DNA from: an uncultured Thermoplasmata archaeon
Lineage (GTDB): Archaea; Thermoplasmatota; Thermoplasmata; Lutacidiplasmatales; UBA184
Length of the DNA: 64,000 bases
Assembly (NCBI GenBank): GCA_963713145.1
Contig: CAVQKI010000006.1
Coordinates: 74,369-138,368 of the forward strand
Reading direction: 5' to 3'
The stretch's first letter is position 1. Each line of letters opens with the position of its first letter. Shown here one piece after another: positions 1-11,200 of the stretch. Position numbers and translations under genes: made by a program. The notes below the pieces were generated by a model that did not search any database, was not told the origin of the DNA, and saw only the letters and a program-made list of their open reading frames with translations.

Positions 1-310
1 TCGGTGGCGGTTTTCTGTTCGGAGCTGCCCTAGGAATAGCTGGGGGAGTCTTGGCGATCTCTTGGAAACCAACTCCTCCGTTCTACGTTGTCCACCGGAT
101 ACGAACATGTGTTGCCACTGCGGAGGGTTTGTTCCGTCGACCCCGTGATGGCGCATTGCCCTACTTGCCACCTGTCGTCTTAGAACTGGTCGGAGACAGC
201 AGCGGTTTCGTTCCGTGGCATGACCCGTTGGCTTAGACTACTTACCCTTTGGCAGGGTACCGGGGTGTGCGCACCCTCACCCCCGATCGTAACGCGGCTG
301 TCGATTCACC

Positions 311-1110
311 CTAGAACAGGTCCTCCAGAGTGTCGGTAGAGTCCGGAGGCTCCGATGTGCCCCCCGGAGGATGAGTCGGCGTCTTCTGGGGTGGCTGGGG
401 TTCCGCGACTTCGCCGGGCATCGACCCTGACAGGTTCGAATCGGGAAGGAGTATTGCCTGGCGCAACGCCGTTCTTCGCCGAGAGGTTACTATCGCCACT
501 GCGCTCACGATCAGGGCGCCGATTCCAGCGACTACGAGAAGCACCCAAGCGTTGAACACTGCGGGGGAGGCGCCTGTCGTAGCCGGGGGACCGCCGAAGA
601 AGGTAAGGGTGAATTCTTCGACGAACGGGCCGGAAAAGTTGTTGTCGCTAAAGAATCCAGCCTAGACACCCACGCAGCCGCACACCAATAGGGATTACCG
701 AGGGCAACGTTGGTCAGCTCTGCTGCAAAGTTGAATCCGAAGGAGACTGAAGTATCCGAGCTGTTGTTCAGCCAGCCCCCATACCCTAACCCGAATCCAC
801 CGATTCCCCATGTTTCGTAGAGCGTGACAAACTCGGGGAGCTGGCACACCTCGGAGAAGATGTAGGAGACATTCTGGGGGTCGGGGAACTGCGACAGCGG
901 ATACGGATTCAGCGCCCCGCAAGGTGTCCCATTGGCCGCAAGTGGAGCTACGTCGGGGTATAGCCCCAGGGGAGGAAGCGTGCCGGCGCCGCGGGTCATG
1001 GGCCACGGTGCGGAATCTCTCGCCTCTCCCAAAGCGATAGGGACGGCCGCGCCTAGGAGAAGAATCCCCGTCAGGAGGACGAGAGCGATGCGGCGAAGCG
1101 CACCGTGGAC
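311..1110 (-). CDS. secreted, C-terminally membrane-anchored protein of unknown function (reading frame broken near 655; start uncertain)
   Basis: ORFs 532..1032 and 311..559 are consecutive on the minus strand. Upstream of the TTG at 1032 the frame stays open and encodes a signal-peptide-like LRRIALVLLTGILLLGAAVPIALG, but no ATG/GTG/TTG precedes it. The 311..559 frame is open back to about 655. It supplies FFSDNNFSGPFVEEFTLTFFGGPPATTGASPA, a TM helix WVLLVVAGIGALIVSAVAIV and an RRR tail. Confidence 0.4.
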
Positions 1111-2692
1111 CGTTGAGGCCGCGGCAACCGCTTCATAGTTGTCGTTCAGGAGATGCGGGGGCCAACAGATGAATCGGAGCCCCAGAACTTGGCAGAATCT
1201 TGGGCGTGCCCTTCAATGCTGAGAGCTATCTCGGTCGGTCCCGATGAGGTCCCTTTCACGGGCCGAAATCCGAGTAATTCGTGTCCTCATAGCCGACCTT
1301 CCAGGCACGGAACGTCAGCGATTTCGGGCAGCGGAGGTCCCCCGGACGACCTACCAGACCGTTCGCGGTCGAAGTTCTTCCGCCTAACGGCTGGCTGAAG
1401 GAGCGGTACATCCCCCACCCCTCGTTGGTGGGTCGAGACCGGGTGCCCTGATCCTGGCGCAGCCTTACGCGGAACACTGGAACCAGTCGATTCGTGCGTT
1501 CCGTTCGACAGACGGTCTTGTTCTGCTCAGGGCCTCACCTGAAACACTCTTTGGGGTTGTGTTTGAGCGTTCGTCGACTCGAGCCTGGGAACCGCCCATC
1601 GCGCCCGAATCCTTTCGACGGTATTGGACCGTCGCGCCGGAGGGAGAAGGCGGTGGACTTCCGGCCCTTCTTCGATTACGAGGGTGTCTGGTCTTCATGG
1701 ACCCTAGGCAGCCCGCCGCTTGCCTACCCCCGGGAGGTCGCCCGTGCCTCATCATCCGCACCTGCGAAGACCCGCGAAGATCGAGTTGCGGTTTGTAGCT
1801 TGCTGATGCGTCCGTTTGAGTCGATTCCGGTCGCAGCGGGATCATCGCGCAGAGCCCCGCGCGACTTTGTCGAGACCAACGTTGGCTCATTGCCGACTGG
1901 GAGAGTATCGCATCGGGTGCTGCCGGATTTCCACCAGATCCCGTCGGTAAGAGGGTTCCGCCCCGAGCGACGGGTCTACGTTACAGGGGAGACCCGACCC
2001 GACCGGAATCCCGCGGAGCTCTTCGGAGATCTACTCCATCGCGCGCATGTAGCCCCGTTCTTGTATGTGGACGATAAGGAGCGCGTTCTGGTCTCGGCGC
2101 TATCTCCAGCACCTCCTGGCAACGTGGAGAGACACCTGCCGGTTTTCCGCCGCGTTACAATATGGACAGAGGATCGAGGTAGTAAGACAGTCAATCGATG
2201 CAATGTTCCCGCTGATAGACCATCGATACGACCAACTGACGGTGCCTGCCATTTGACATGGCACCCCTTTGCGGATGGTCGCCCATCTGGAGGTCGATTT
2301 AGTTACAACGTCCCGACAGCGGCACAACTTCCCTCGGAAGTATACGGACATACACAACGTTAGGTCGGGCGCGCTCGACTGGTGCGGAGCGAGCAGGGCC
2401 GAGCCACGCGATTCTCTTGGTCCGAGTGAGTGATCAGAAGGCGGCGGAACTGCGCGCGTCGGCGCAGTGGGGGCTCCGGCCGAGCGAACTCTCACGGAGA
2501 TTCGTCCGTCGGGGGTCGCTGGCTCATCGTGACGACGTGGCCCGATCCCGGACTACCCCCGCTGGGCGCGCCTCGCCGCCGAGCTCCCTGGGGGCGAAGA
2601 CTCCCTCCCGGAGGCGCGGATGGTTCGGCCGCCGCGCCCGGATGTAACCGGCGAACCACCGCCTTATCTCGAATCGGTCAGATGCCGCCACC

Positions 2693-3232
2693 ATGTCCGA
2701 CAAGACGGTGCCAGTGTCCTCGATTTCCGCAAAGAACTTGGTCGATACATGGCAACAAGAAGTTCAGTCGTCGTATTCGCTCTGGACCAGTCAGGTCAAC
2801 ATGATTCGCTCCCAGCTACTGCAACCCGAGGGGACCATTGCGTTCAAGGATCTCGACCGCTCCACTCTTCTCAAGAGGCTCGAGCAGGCCCACCAGGGAC
2901 TGTCAGTGCTTCAGACCTCCATGTTCCCCGTGAGCCAAAAGGGGTGGACGCTCCAGGAGATCCTGAAAATGAAGCGAGCGGAGGCGGAGTTCCAGACAAT
3001 TGTGGTCGGCGCATTCCCGCCCGACCGACTCTCCGAGATATTCGGCACGATGTCCGTCGCACTGGTCGGCTCGGGGGGCGCGGCCTACGCCCTCTACCAC
3101 TCGGTGAGCATCGCGCCGTCAATCGTCCTGTGGATATTCGGTGCCATCACCCTGGGCCTCACCGTCTTCTTCCGCCGGGGTAATCAGGTAAAACACCTGG
3201 CCCTTTACCACGACCGGCTTGAGTCGCTGTAA
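2693..3232 (+). CDS. hypothetical protein, soluble N-terminal part plus two C-terminal TM helices
   Basis: 179-aa ATG ORF with ordinary amino-acid composition in a locally lower-GC stretch. Hydrophobic segments MSVALVGSGGAAYALYHSV and IVLWIFGAITLGLTVFF lie near the C-terminus. No family recognised. Confidence 0.5.
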   Translation: MSDKTVPVSSISAKNLVDTWQQEVQSSYSLWTSQVNMIRSQLLQPEGTIAFKDLDRSTLLKRLEQAHQGLSVLQTSMFPVSQKGWTLQEILKMKRAEAEFQTIVVGAFPPDRLSEIFGTMSVALVGSGGAAYALYHSVSIAPSIVLWIFGAITLGLTVFFRRGNQVKHLALYHDRLESL

Positions 3233-3310
3233 GGCGGCTCAGGTCGAAGAGGACCAGGCTCAGCCCCCGTGATACTGACGGGCTGACGGGGACGCTCCGT
3301 CGACGCTCCC

Positions 3311-4328
3311 ATGACGCTACGGAACAAGGCGGGGGTCGAAGACTTATCCCGGGTAAGGGTTCCCCGGCGTGACCGAAATCTACCTCCACGCGGAGTTCCG
3401 AAACGCCACCGCGCAGTCCAATCCCTTCATCCCCTCGATCCTGTTTTTCATCGACTTCAAAGCAAGCCACAGGGCGATCGGGTCCCCTAATCCCGTCAAC
3501 ATGCCCTCCGCCTCCCAAATCCAAAAGGCCGAAGCGCTCTACATCCAACACATCAGCGCGGGACTATACTGGATGGATCACTCCGGAGACATGGGCGGTC
3601 CCCTCATCGCTCTCGGGGGAATGGACCCCGGGGGGGGCCACTCGAACCGCCTCGGGGTCGACAGCGACTTCAACAACGCGACGCAGCTTCTATTCCCGGT
3701 CGACCCCGCGCTCCTGAGCCGCATCGAGGACAGGCGGGGACGCGCGACGTCGCGTTCGGGATGGTAGTCCACGTCTCGGGATTCGTCCGCTCCGCTCTGC
3801 CGGAAAGTCAGGTGGAGCCCTTCTGGGTCGACGGTATGCGGGTTCAGCAGACCAAGGGGATGGGGCCCACGTTCGGCATTCCGAAGAGCGCCTGGGTAGA
3901 GAACTACCTGCCCGGCCCTCGGGTCCGGCGGCAAGCGTCACGTCGTGGACCTCCCGATCTCCGACTCCCCGCCGCTCGCGGCGATTGACTCCGACTTAGA
4001 CTCCGCTGTAAAGCACTTCCGACAGGGGGAGTGGCCCGCCTCCTTGGTCGCCTCGCGGCGCGTGATTCAGGCACTCGAGCCTCACATTCGGAGCGCGGTC
4101 AGCCCCGCATTCTCGGATCGCGAAGGTGTCAGGAACCCTCAGACCGCCGCCGAGAAAACTGAGGAGATGTCCCGCGCGTTCGCGGAGCTTGCCGAGAAGA
4201 TGGCGGCCTTTCAGGCAGCGGCCTTCGGGCTGATGTCGGCAGGGGCGCACCCCGGCCCGGGGGAGACCGATCTGGAGCGACCCGAGGCGGAGTTCGGACT
4301 GGGCGTCGCGGTGGACTGCCGCCGATAA
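3311..4328 (+). pseudogene. hypothetical protein readable only across 3-4 successive frames
   Basis: Pieces at ATG 3311, 3369..3767, 3761..3988 and 3945..4328 abut and each has protein-like composition. The last piece (LDSAVKHFRQGEWPASLVASRRVIQALE) is vaguely DUF4145/HEPN-like, a weak call from memory. Confidence 0.3.
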
Positions 4329-5494
4329 GTCGGTATGCGCATGGTCAAGTCACCTTAGTGGAGGGTCGCCGCCCGACCCGAGAGGCGGGTACTCTGGTTA
4401 ACCCAGAGCCCGGGGCCGCCACGGCCGGATGGGCCATTCGGCAACCGCCGAAGCGTGGGGGTGCGGCTGGGCGCGCTTACTTATTCCGGGGCGCCGTCAC
4501 CCTACGCACCGAGGTAGAGCCCGGAATGAACGAAGCGCAAGGTTCTTTCCCGGCTCTCGCATAGGCGTGGGCGAGGGTGGCGGTGGCGGTAGCCCGGCGC
4601 TTCGCAAGCCGGCGTGCTCGGGGTGCTCTACCACCCCGGGCCCCACCGCCCCCCGAGTCTGTAAGCGGGGGCGGAGCCGCCGCCTCGCCCTCGGTACCGC
4701 GCCGGTCGAGCGGGCGGCCCGCACGATCGCCGAGCTCACCGGCGCAGGGCCTGTAGCGGCTCGGGAGGCCGCAGATAGACGTCGCGGCCCAAGCGGTCGC
4801 GGCCTCGCTCATCGAAGACCAGCCGGGCTGGCTTCGGCGTGCGGGAAGTTCGCCGACCGCCCCGACCGGATGGCCGCGCTGGTCAACGCCGACGCGCGCC
4901 GACGGCACCCATGCCTCCGTCGTATCACGAGCGACGTTCTAAACGATGCTACCGACCCCACAGTCGGGTCTCCGTTCGGTGACCTCATGGATTACATCGA
5001 GGAGAACCCCGAGGTGGTACTGGCCGATGATGAAAGAGGCCGCGTCCCGCTCTTCGCCGTTACCCGCGTCCCGGTCGTATGGCCTTCGAGAGGTCGCGGG
5101 TGGAGTCGATCGATGCGCCTCTCGACTTGCCCCTGCCGTTCGCTCGGACCGACCCCGCCGGAAAATGCGGCGGCAGCGGCCCACCTCCTCCGGGCATCGC
5201 CTACCATTGAGCTAACCTCTTTCGCCGTCGCAGCGGCGACTTCTAAGTGTCCCCCGCTCGAACCGCCGGTTTATTGGAGGACCCCGTGCGCGCAGCACGG
5301 GGATGGGTGGAAAACACCGTCGAACCGTGGTTAAGGGAAGGGACCTACGTCTGCGAAAGCTCGAGAGTCACTTACCGGGGATGGCTCCTCGGTGTGCCGG
5401 ACATAACTCGCGGCACTCGGCTTCAAGCCGCCGCCGACTGCGCCTACGTCGTTCGAGCGCAGCCATATCGAGGCGCTGAAGTAGATCCGCGCAC

Positions 5495-6260
5495 TTGGTG
5501 CGCGGGCGCGAGCAAGGGCCGAAGGCTCGCATCGAAAGTATCAGCCCGCTCCTAAGCAAGCTCCGGGACCTGCTCGGGTATTGGGGCCGTGTGCAACAAG
5601 GACGCGCGGTTCCTCGCTTTGGTAAGCGATGCCCGTTTGTGGCACGTCAAGGAACCGAGGCCGGTTCGCCCTGCGAAGTCGCTCGAAACGACGGAAGACC
5701 TTGAGCGGCTGATCGCTGTGTGCGCGGACCTACCGACTCAAGTCGGTGTCGTCCTGGGTGTGTACTCGGGCTTCGAATCGGGGACATCCTCGGACTCGAA
5801 GTCCGGGACCTCGAGCTGTATCTGGACCGTCCGTCATGGGTGCTAATCCGGTCAGGAAAGGGGGACGTGCCGCGCCATCCCCCGGTGCCCCCCGTCGCTC
5901 GGAACGTTTTGCTAAGCGCGGTACAGGGCCTCTCGCCCAAGGACAAAGTCTACGGGCGGACCGCGCAACGATTCCGAGACGACCTGGCAGCAGGCGGGAC
6001 TTCTCGCGCACCTGGGCCACGTCTACCCCCACCGACTCAGGTCGACGTTCATCGTCTTCAGCCTGAGGGCGGGCGTCCCCGAGACGGTCCTGATGGAGTG
6101 GGTCGCGCACAAGGACCCGAAGACCACCGCCGGTTACAAGGGCCACGATTCGCAGATAGAGACCCGAGCGCGCGGGCTGTACGAGGCGTACCTCGCTTCC
6201 GGGGAGCGCATAGATGGCGCGAGGGGCAAGCCTACCGCACGGAGATTCGGAAAAAGCATT
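5495..6260 (+). pseudogene. tyrosine recombinase (XerC/D-like integrase) remnant with several frameshifts
   Basis: The catalytic-domain motifs are spread over three frames: LGLRIGDILGLEVRDLELYLDRPSWVLIRSGKGDVPRHPPV (5720 frame), HLGHVYPHRLRSTFIVFSLRAGVPETVL (third frame) and MEWVAHKDPKTTAGY (6093 frame). N-terminal pieces lie in 5495..5704 and 5589..5846. Confidence 0.65.
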
Positions 6261-6425
6261 TATGGCGACCGGCCGGGCCCCGTTTCCGGGGCGGGAAGGG
6301 GCTCCGTCGCCATCCCGTGCCCCCTTCGACCCCCAAATCCGCTGACCGCTCGCCAGGCCGAGGGTGCGTCGGGGCCTGGCCCCGCGGCTCGACGAGTGAG
6401 GGGCAATGCTGGAGTGAGCCCAAGA

Positions 6426-6863
6426 CTAGCGTCGGACGAGAACGACAGTGGTCCTGGCTCGACGCGAGACCGCCTGGGAGACACTCCCGAGGAGGACGCC
6501 CTTCGCGCCCTTGTATCCCCGCGTTCCCATCACGATCAGGTCCGGGTGCAACTTGGCGGCGAACCGAAGTATCTGATCGGCCGTTCGGCCCCGTCTAAGC
6601 TCGGCGACGGCGGCGACACCCTCGGCACGGGCGAGCTTCATCGCCTCCCCAAGGACCAGCTGGCCGCGCTCCTCCTCCGCCGAGTCCTCCGACTCGGCGA
6701 TGAGCGCCGGGAACTCCGCGATCGTCGTGACGTGAAGAAGCGTGAGTTGCGCCTTGAACGCGCGCGCCATCCCCGAGGCGACGCGAGCTGCCGCGAGGCT
6801 TTCCGGAGAGCCATCGACCGGGACCAGGATGCGCTGGACGACGAGGGGTGGGATCGCGGTCAC
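6426..6863 (-). CDS. universal stress protein (UspA family)
   Basis: ILVPVDGSPES..., LTLLHV, DLIVMGTRGYKGAKGVLLGSVSQAV. The GTG at 6863 overlaps the TGA of the upstream antiporter gene (GTGA). Confidence 0.85.
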   Translation of the reverse strand: MTAIPPLVVQRILVPVDGSPESLAAARVASGMARAFKAQLTLLHVTTIAEFPALIAESEDSAEEERGQLVLGEAMKLARAEGVAAVAELRRGRTADQILRFAAKLHPDLIVMGTRGYKGAKGVLLGSVSQAVSRRARTTVVLVRR

Positions 6864-7988
6864 TGATCTCCTGCCTCCCGGTCCGGACGGAACCACTGCT
6901 GGGCGATCAGGGTCGGGATGATCGCGGAGGCGATAACGACCGTCAGTAGGACCGAGAACTGGAACTGGTCAATGATCCCGCTCTCCAGGCCATACAGCGA
7001 CGAGATCGTCCCGAATGTAAGTCCCGTGCTCATAAGAAGTGAGATGTACACCGAGTCGTGGCCGACCAATCGTCGGGTGGTCGGCAGGACGCCGGCCAGT
7101 TTCGCTCCAACCTTCAGACCGAAGAGGATCACGACGAGTCCAACCCCCGCGACCACCGCGGCGATGGACACGTTGAGGCCGGCGTTGATGAAGAAGAGTG
7201 GCGTGAGAAAGGCAAGCGTCATCGACCGGAGACGGAGCAGAACGGCTCGGTTCTGGGCCATCACCGACGCCATCGACAGCCCCAGAATGTACGCTGGTAG
7301 GACGGCCTGGGACCCCGCCAGCTGCGCGACCGCACCGAGGAGGATCACCGAGAAGAAGATCACCTTCACCTCGGTTTCCCCCACCTTCCCCTTGAGGTAG
7401 CTGAGCAGGGGTGCGAAGATCTTCGGAGCCAGCCAGGCCGACGCGGCGATCGCTGCGATGAGGAGGAAGATGTCCTCGTTCGGCCGGATGAACAGCACGC
7501 TTAGCGCGAGGGCCGTCCCGAGGTCGGTGATGAAGCAGGCCGAAAGGATCAGCTTGCCGGTGGCGGTTCGGCTCGTTCCGCTCTCCACCAGCACGACGTA
7601 GACGACCGCGACCGAGGTGGTGGAGAGCGCGACCCCTGCCTAGGAGCGACGCCTGCGGGCCCCAGTGGAGCACAAACGCGGCGAAGCCCCACGCGGCCAG
7701 GAACGGAGCCAAGAAGGAGAGGATGCCGATAGCCGCCGACGCCTTCCAGGTCTTGCGCATCGCCACCGGATCGATCTCCGCCCCCGCGAGGAAGACGAGC
7801 ACGACGCTGGCGATCCCGGCGATGAACGGGAGCCAGTCCTGGCCGTTGGTCGATACCCCGAAGTAGTTCCCGGCGAGAACGCCGCCAATCATCTCGAGGA
7901 GGGCGACCGAGACCCCGATCCGGATCGAGACCAGCGACGCGATGACGGCGACCACCAGAACCGCCGCCAGTACCTCCCACGCGACCAT
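6860..7988 (-). CDS. cation:proton antiporter (CPA2/Kef-type Na+/H+ exchanger family), frame broken at about 7638-7645
   Basis: The N-terminal part is in the 6969..7988 frame (MVAWEVLAAVLVVAVIASLVSIRIGVSVALLEMIGGVLAGN...FLAGAEID). The C-terminal part is in the 6860..7594 frame, which is open back to a TAG at about 7641 (AGVALSTTSVAVVYVVLVESG...). Removing one base joins ...WGPQASLL to AGVALSTT. Confidence 0.8.
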
Positions 7989-8290
7989 GCTTCCGCCCTT
8001 CCGGGTGGCGCGGTTCGGCGTTGTAGAAGCTATCAGCCCGCGCCGGGCGGTTGAAGGGGAGCTTCATCCCCTGCGATCAGAGGGGGACAATTTCGACTAT
8101 TTCAGGCCAATCCCTCGCGCTCTTCGAATGTCCAGTGCGAGCTTCGAGCTCATCGGTGTCCGTCACGCCCGTCGCGATTCCCTTAGGGCGCTGCCCCCCC
8201 CGCGACCCGGCGAACTCCTGTCACGATCATCCTGCGACAGGGGGGAAAGGGTTGGCTCCGTGCCGGTCGGGCCCGCGGGCTCGAAACAGT

Positions 8291-11200
8291 CTACCCGACG
8301 CGATCGACCTCGATAGCCCGCGCGCCACTCCGGAACCCCGCCCCTCCGCCCAGGGTCAGCATCGCCGGCTCGTGTCCGGGTCGGACCGAGAACACGATCG
8401 TGGTGAATACCGAGGCGCCGGCCACCCTTACGTGGCCGGAGCTCGGGATCGCTCGGTAGCCCGAGACGGCATGGACGGTGAACCCGTACGTCCCGTTCGG
8501 CAGGTAGAGGAGGATCGTCGAGTTAGTCGACGTTCCGGTCAATCCGCCCGCCGAGACACTCCAGCTCGTCGCGGCCGGGAGCCCGCTCTCGGCGAACGTC
8601 ACGGCCTGGGCGAACCGGACCTGGATCGTCTCCGACCTCAGGGCCGTCGTCGAGCCGCTCGACTGGACCACCCAGGTGCTGCCGACCTTTACGAGCGTTG
8701 TGCTGACGTAGAGCGGCTGCCCGATTACGTACGAGTACGTCCACGGCGTCAGGTTCTTGAACACCACGCTGGCGGTGGTCGAGCACTCGTTCGCCCCGAT
8801 CCCCACGCACCATGTCTTTCCTCGCGCGAGGCCCGCCTCGTGGAAGGTGATCGTGTAGGTCGCCCCCCTTGAGAACGTGACCGACTTCGAAACGTTGGCC
8901 CCGTTCACTGAGAGGAGGCCTTCGGGGTTGCTGGGGCTCGTGACGCGGTAGCCTGACGGGCCGACGATCACGTAGCCGTACGTCCCGTTCGGCACCGCGA
9001 ACGAGACCGACGTCACGGTCGGCGTGTGCGCGGTGCCGGCCGTGCTCGCGTGCAGGCTGTCCAAGCTTACAGACCACTGCTTCCCGATCGGCGGAAGCCC
9101 GGTCTCCGTGAACGTCACGAAGTACGTCCCAGGGCCCGACGTGAGGGGATAGTAGTCGAACACCCCCGTTGCGACAGGGTAGGGGGCCAGATGATCGCCG
9201 GAGAAGACGTGCCAGTCGGACCAGTAGTTCCCCACCCCTCCCGAGGAATTGAACCAATTACCAGGGATGCTGTACGCCTGGGGCTGGTTGGCGTTGTAGA
9301 CGGAGGGCGAGCCGTCGTTGGCGAAGAACGTGTTGTTGTACACGAAATTGTCGGTCCCGTCAAAGATGCCGACCCCGAGACCCAGGTTCTCGGCGAACAC
9401 GCTCTGCGTGACGACGGTATGCGACGTGGCGCCGGTGATCTGAACGCCGACCGTGCCGTCGAACGCGGTAACGTGCGTCAGGGTCGTAGGGTCCCCGTTG
9501 TAGACATCGACCGCAATGTCCGTCTGGGAGGCGGAGAGCCCGTTGACGGAGGTATCCAGCGTGTTATCCAGCGCAATCCCGACGATGGCCCCCGACGCGG
9601 AAACGTTCGTGAACACCGAACCGTTCGAGAACGCCATGCTCGCGCCGACGGCCCCGGAGGTGATGTTCAGTTCGTTGACGGCCAGTCCGATCGTTCCCGG
9701 CAGGTCGTAGTACGTGTCGTAGTTGACCGAGGGGCCGTAGTCGACGCCCGCGACAACACCGACGCCGCCGTCGGTGACGTTGATCCACGAGAACGCGCCG
9801 TCGACGCTGCTGAAGGCCTCGACCCCGTACCCGGCGATCGCGGTGATGTTCGCGCCCGTCGTATGCAGAGACCCGATGTCCTGGATACCGTTCGCTCCGA
9901 CAACTGTGAGCCCGCGAACCGTGGTTCCCACCGAGTCGCCCACCCACACGCCCTGGGAGGCAGTCTCGGACACCACATCCGACACGGTGGGGTCCGTCTC
10001 GCCCCAGAGGACGACCGCGCCCCCCTGTGCGGCGACGGCCCCCACAGTCTCGTTGGAGACGAGATCCCCCGTGCCCCCGAACAGGTTGATCTGCGACGTG
10101 TAACCGGGCAGGCTGCCGGTGATCTCCGGTGCGGGGGAGAGGAGTCCGAAAGCGGGGCCGTCCAGGATGTAGAAGTTGCCCCCGGGCGAATCCTGACCCT
10201 GGGTGATGTTGCAAACGACCACGCCCTGGGTTACGCCTTGGGCCATTACCAGCTCGAACGACGGATATGCGTAGTCGTTCAGGTGGTTGAACGAGGCGTT
10301 GATGTTGACCCTCAGGTCACTAAATCGGTAGGGCGGGGTGCCGAGGCCCCCGAGGTTGGCTGCTAAGGTGGCGGCCTGCGCGTTCCCGAACATGTACAGC
10401 GGCGCGTCGAGGTTATCGAGCTCGGGAGGCAGCGTGAGCACGTAGGACGGAGTATTCCCGGTGACGGGGGTCCCGTTGACCTCTGCCGAGCCCGAGGCGA
10501 AGGCCTGGACGTAGTATTGGGGCGTCCACGGAGCGCCCGGTGGCGGGAGGTACGTGTTGAACTGACCCAGGTCGTTCGTGGGGAGCCAGCTCAGGTTGTC
10601 GGCCGGCGCGCCCGCGGCGAACGGGTCGGCGGGTGGCGCGGTGTTGCTCACGAAGACGAAGCCGTACGACGGGGTGACGGTGCCCGAGAGCTGGATGTCG
10701 CCCGGGGCGACCGAGACCGACGGACGAGCGTTCCACAGCCCGTAGAGCATCGCGGGCCCCTGGTTGATCTCGAGAGTGTGGGCCGGCATCCAGTAGTCGG
10801 CTATACCGGTCGACGTCTCGCCCGTGTCGGCGCCGAAGTTGTATGCCGACGGGACGTTCTGCCACCCTCCGACGCTCGCGTTCGAGTACTCGAGGTTGAC
10901 ACTTCCGTTCACGGACCGGAAGACGGCGTTGTCTCCCCCGATGTCCCCGACGATGTCGATCTCCGCGTCCCGGAGCAAGCCGAGAGGTGTCGGGGCGAAT
11001 CCGTCGATCGAGAAGCCGGGCGTGCGAGTCGGGGCCGTGTGGGGCGCGGTCGGGTTGTTGAACACGACCGTGTCGCTGATGCCGGTGTAGATCGTCCCCG
11101 TTCCCGCCTCATCGATCCAGTAGCCGTACGACACCTGGGTCCGGTTCTGCGCGTTGATCGTCGCGTTGTTGTAGAGCTGGATGGTGACGGGATACGACGC

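Noticed and set aside
1-236. The window may begin inside a gene whose end is again TM helix (GGGFLFGAALGIAGGVLAISW) plus zinc ribbon (CCHCGGFVPSTP / VMAHCPTCHLSS).
   Set aside because: Reading it requires two frame changes within about 60 nt. This is too speculative to annotate, although it would fit the recurrent zinc-ribbon-tail theme.
1900-2370. Minus-strand peptide ...SILCPYCNAAENRQV, reminiscent of the C-terminal zinc-finger/RuvC-III (NAAxNI) end of TnpB/IS605 OrfB.
   Set aside because: No upstream RuvC-I/II motifs or coherent ORF could be reconstructed in any frame, so the single short motif is too weak.
4560-4790. SRP-RNA (Alu-domain)-like strings: GGTGGCGGTGGCGG, CTGTAAGC in a hairpin loop, and GCCTGTAGCGGCTCGGGAGGCCGCAG, which resembles human 7SL GCCUGUAGUCCCAGCUACUCGGGAGGCUGAG.
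   Set aside because: I could not find the universally conserved helix-8 S-domain motif (CAGGxCCGGAAGGxAGCA-like) anywhere nearby, and the 5'/3' ends do not pair. The resemblance may be a low-complexity GC coincidence. It is kept only as a generic candidate structured RNA.
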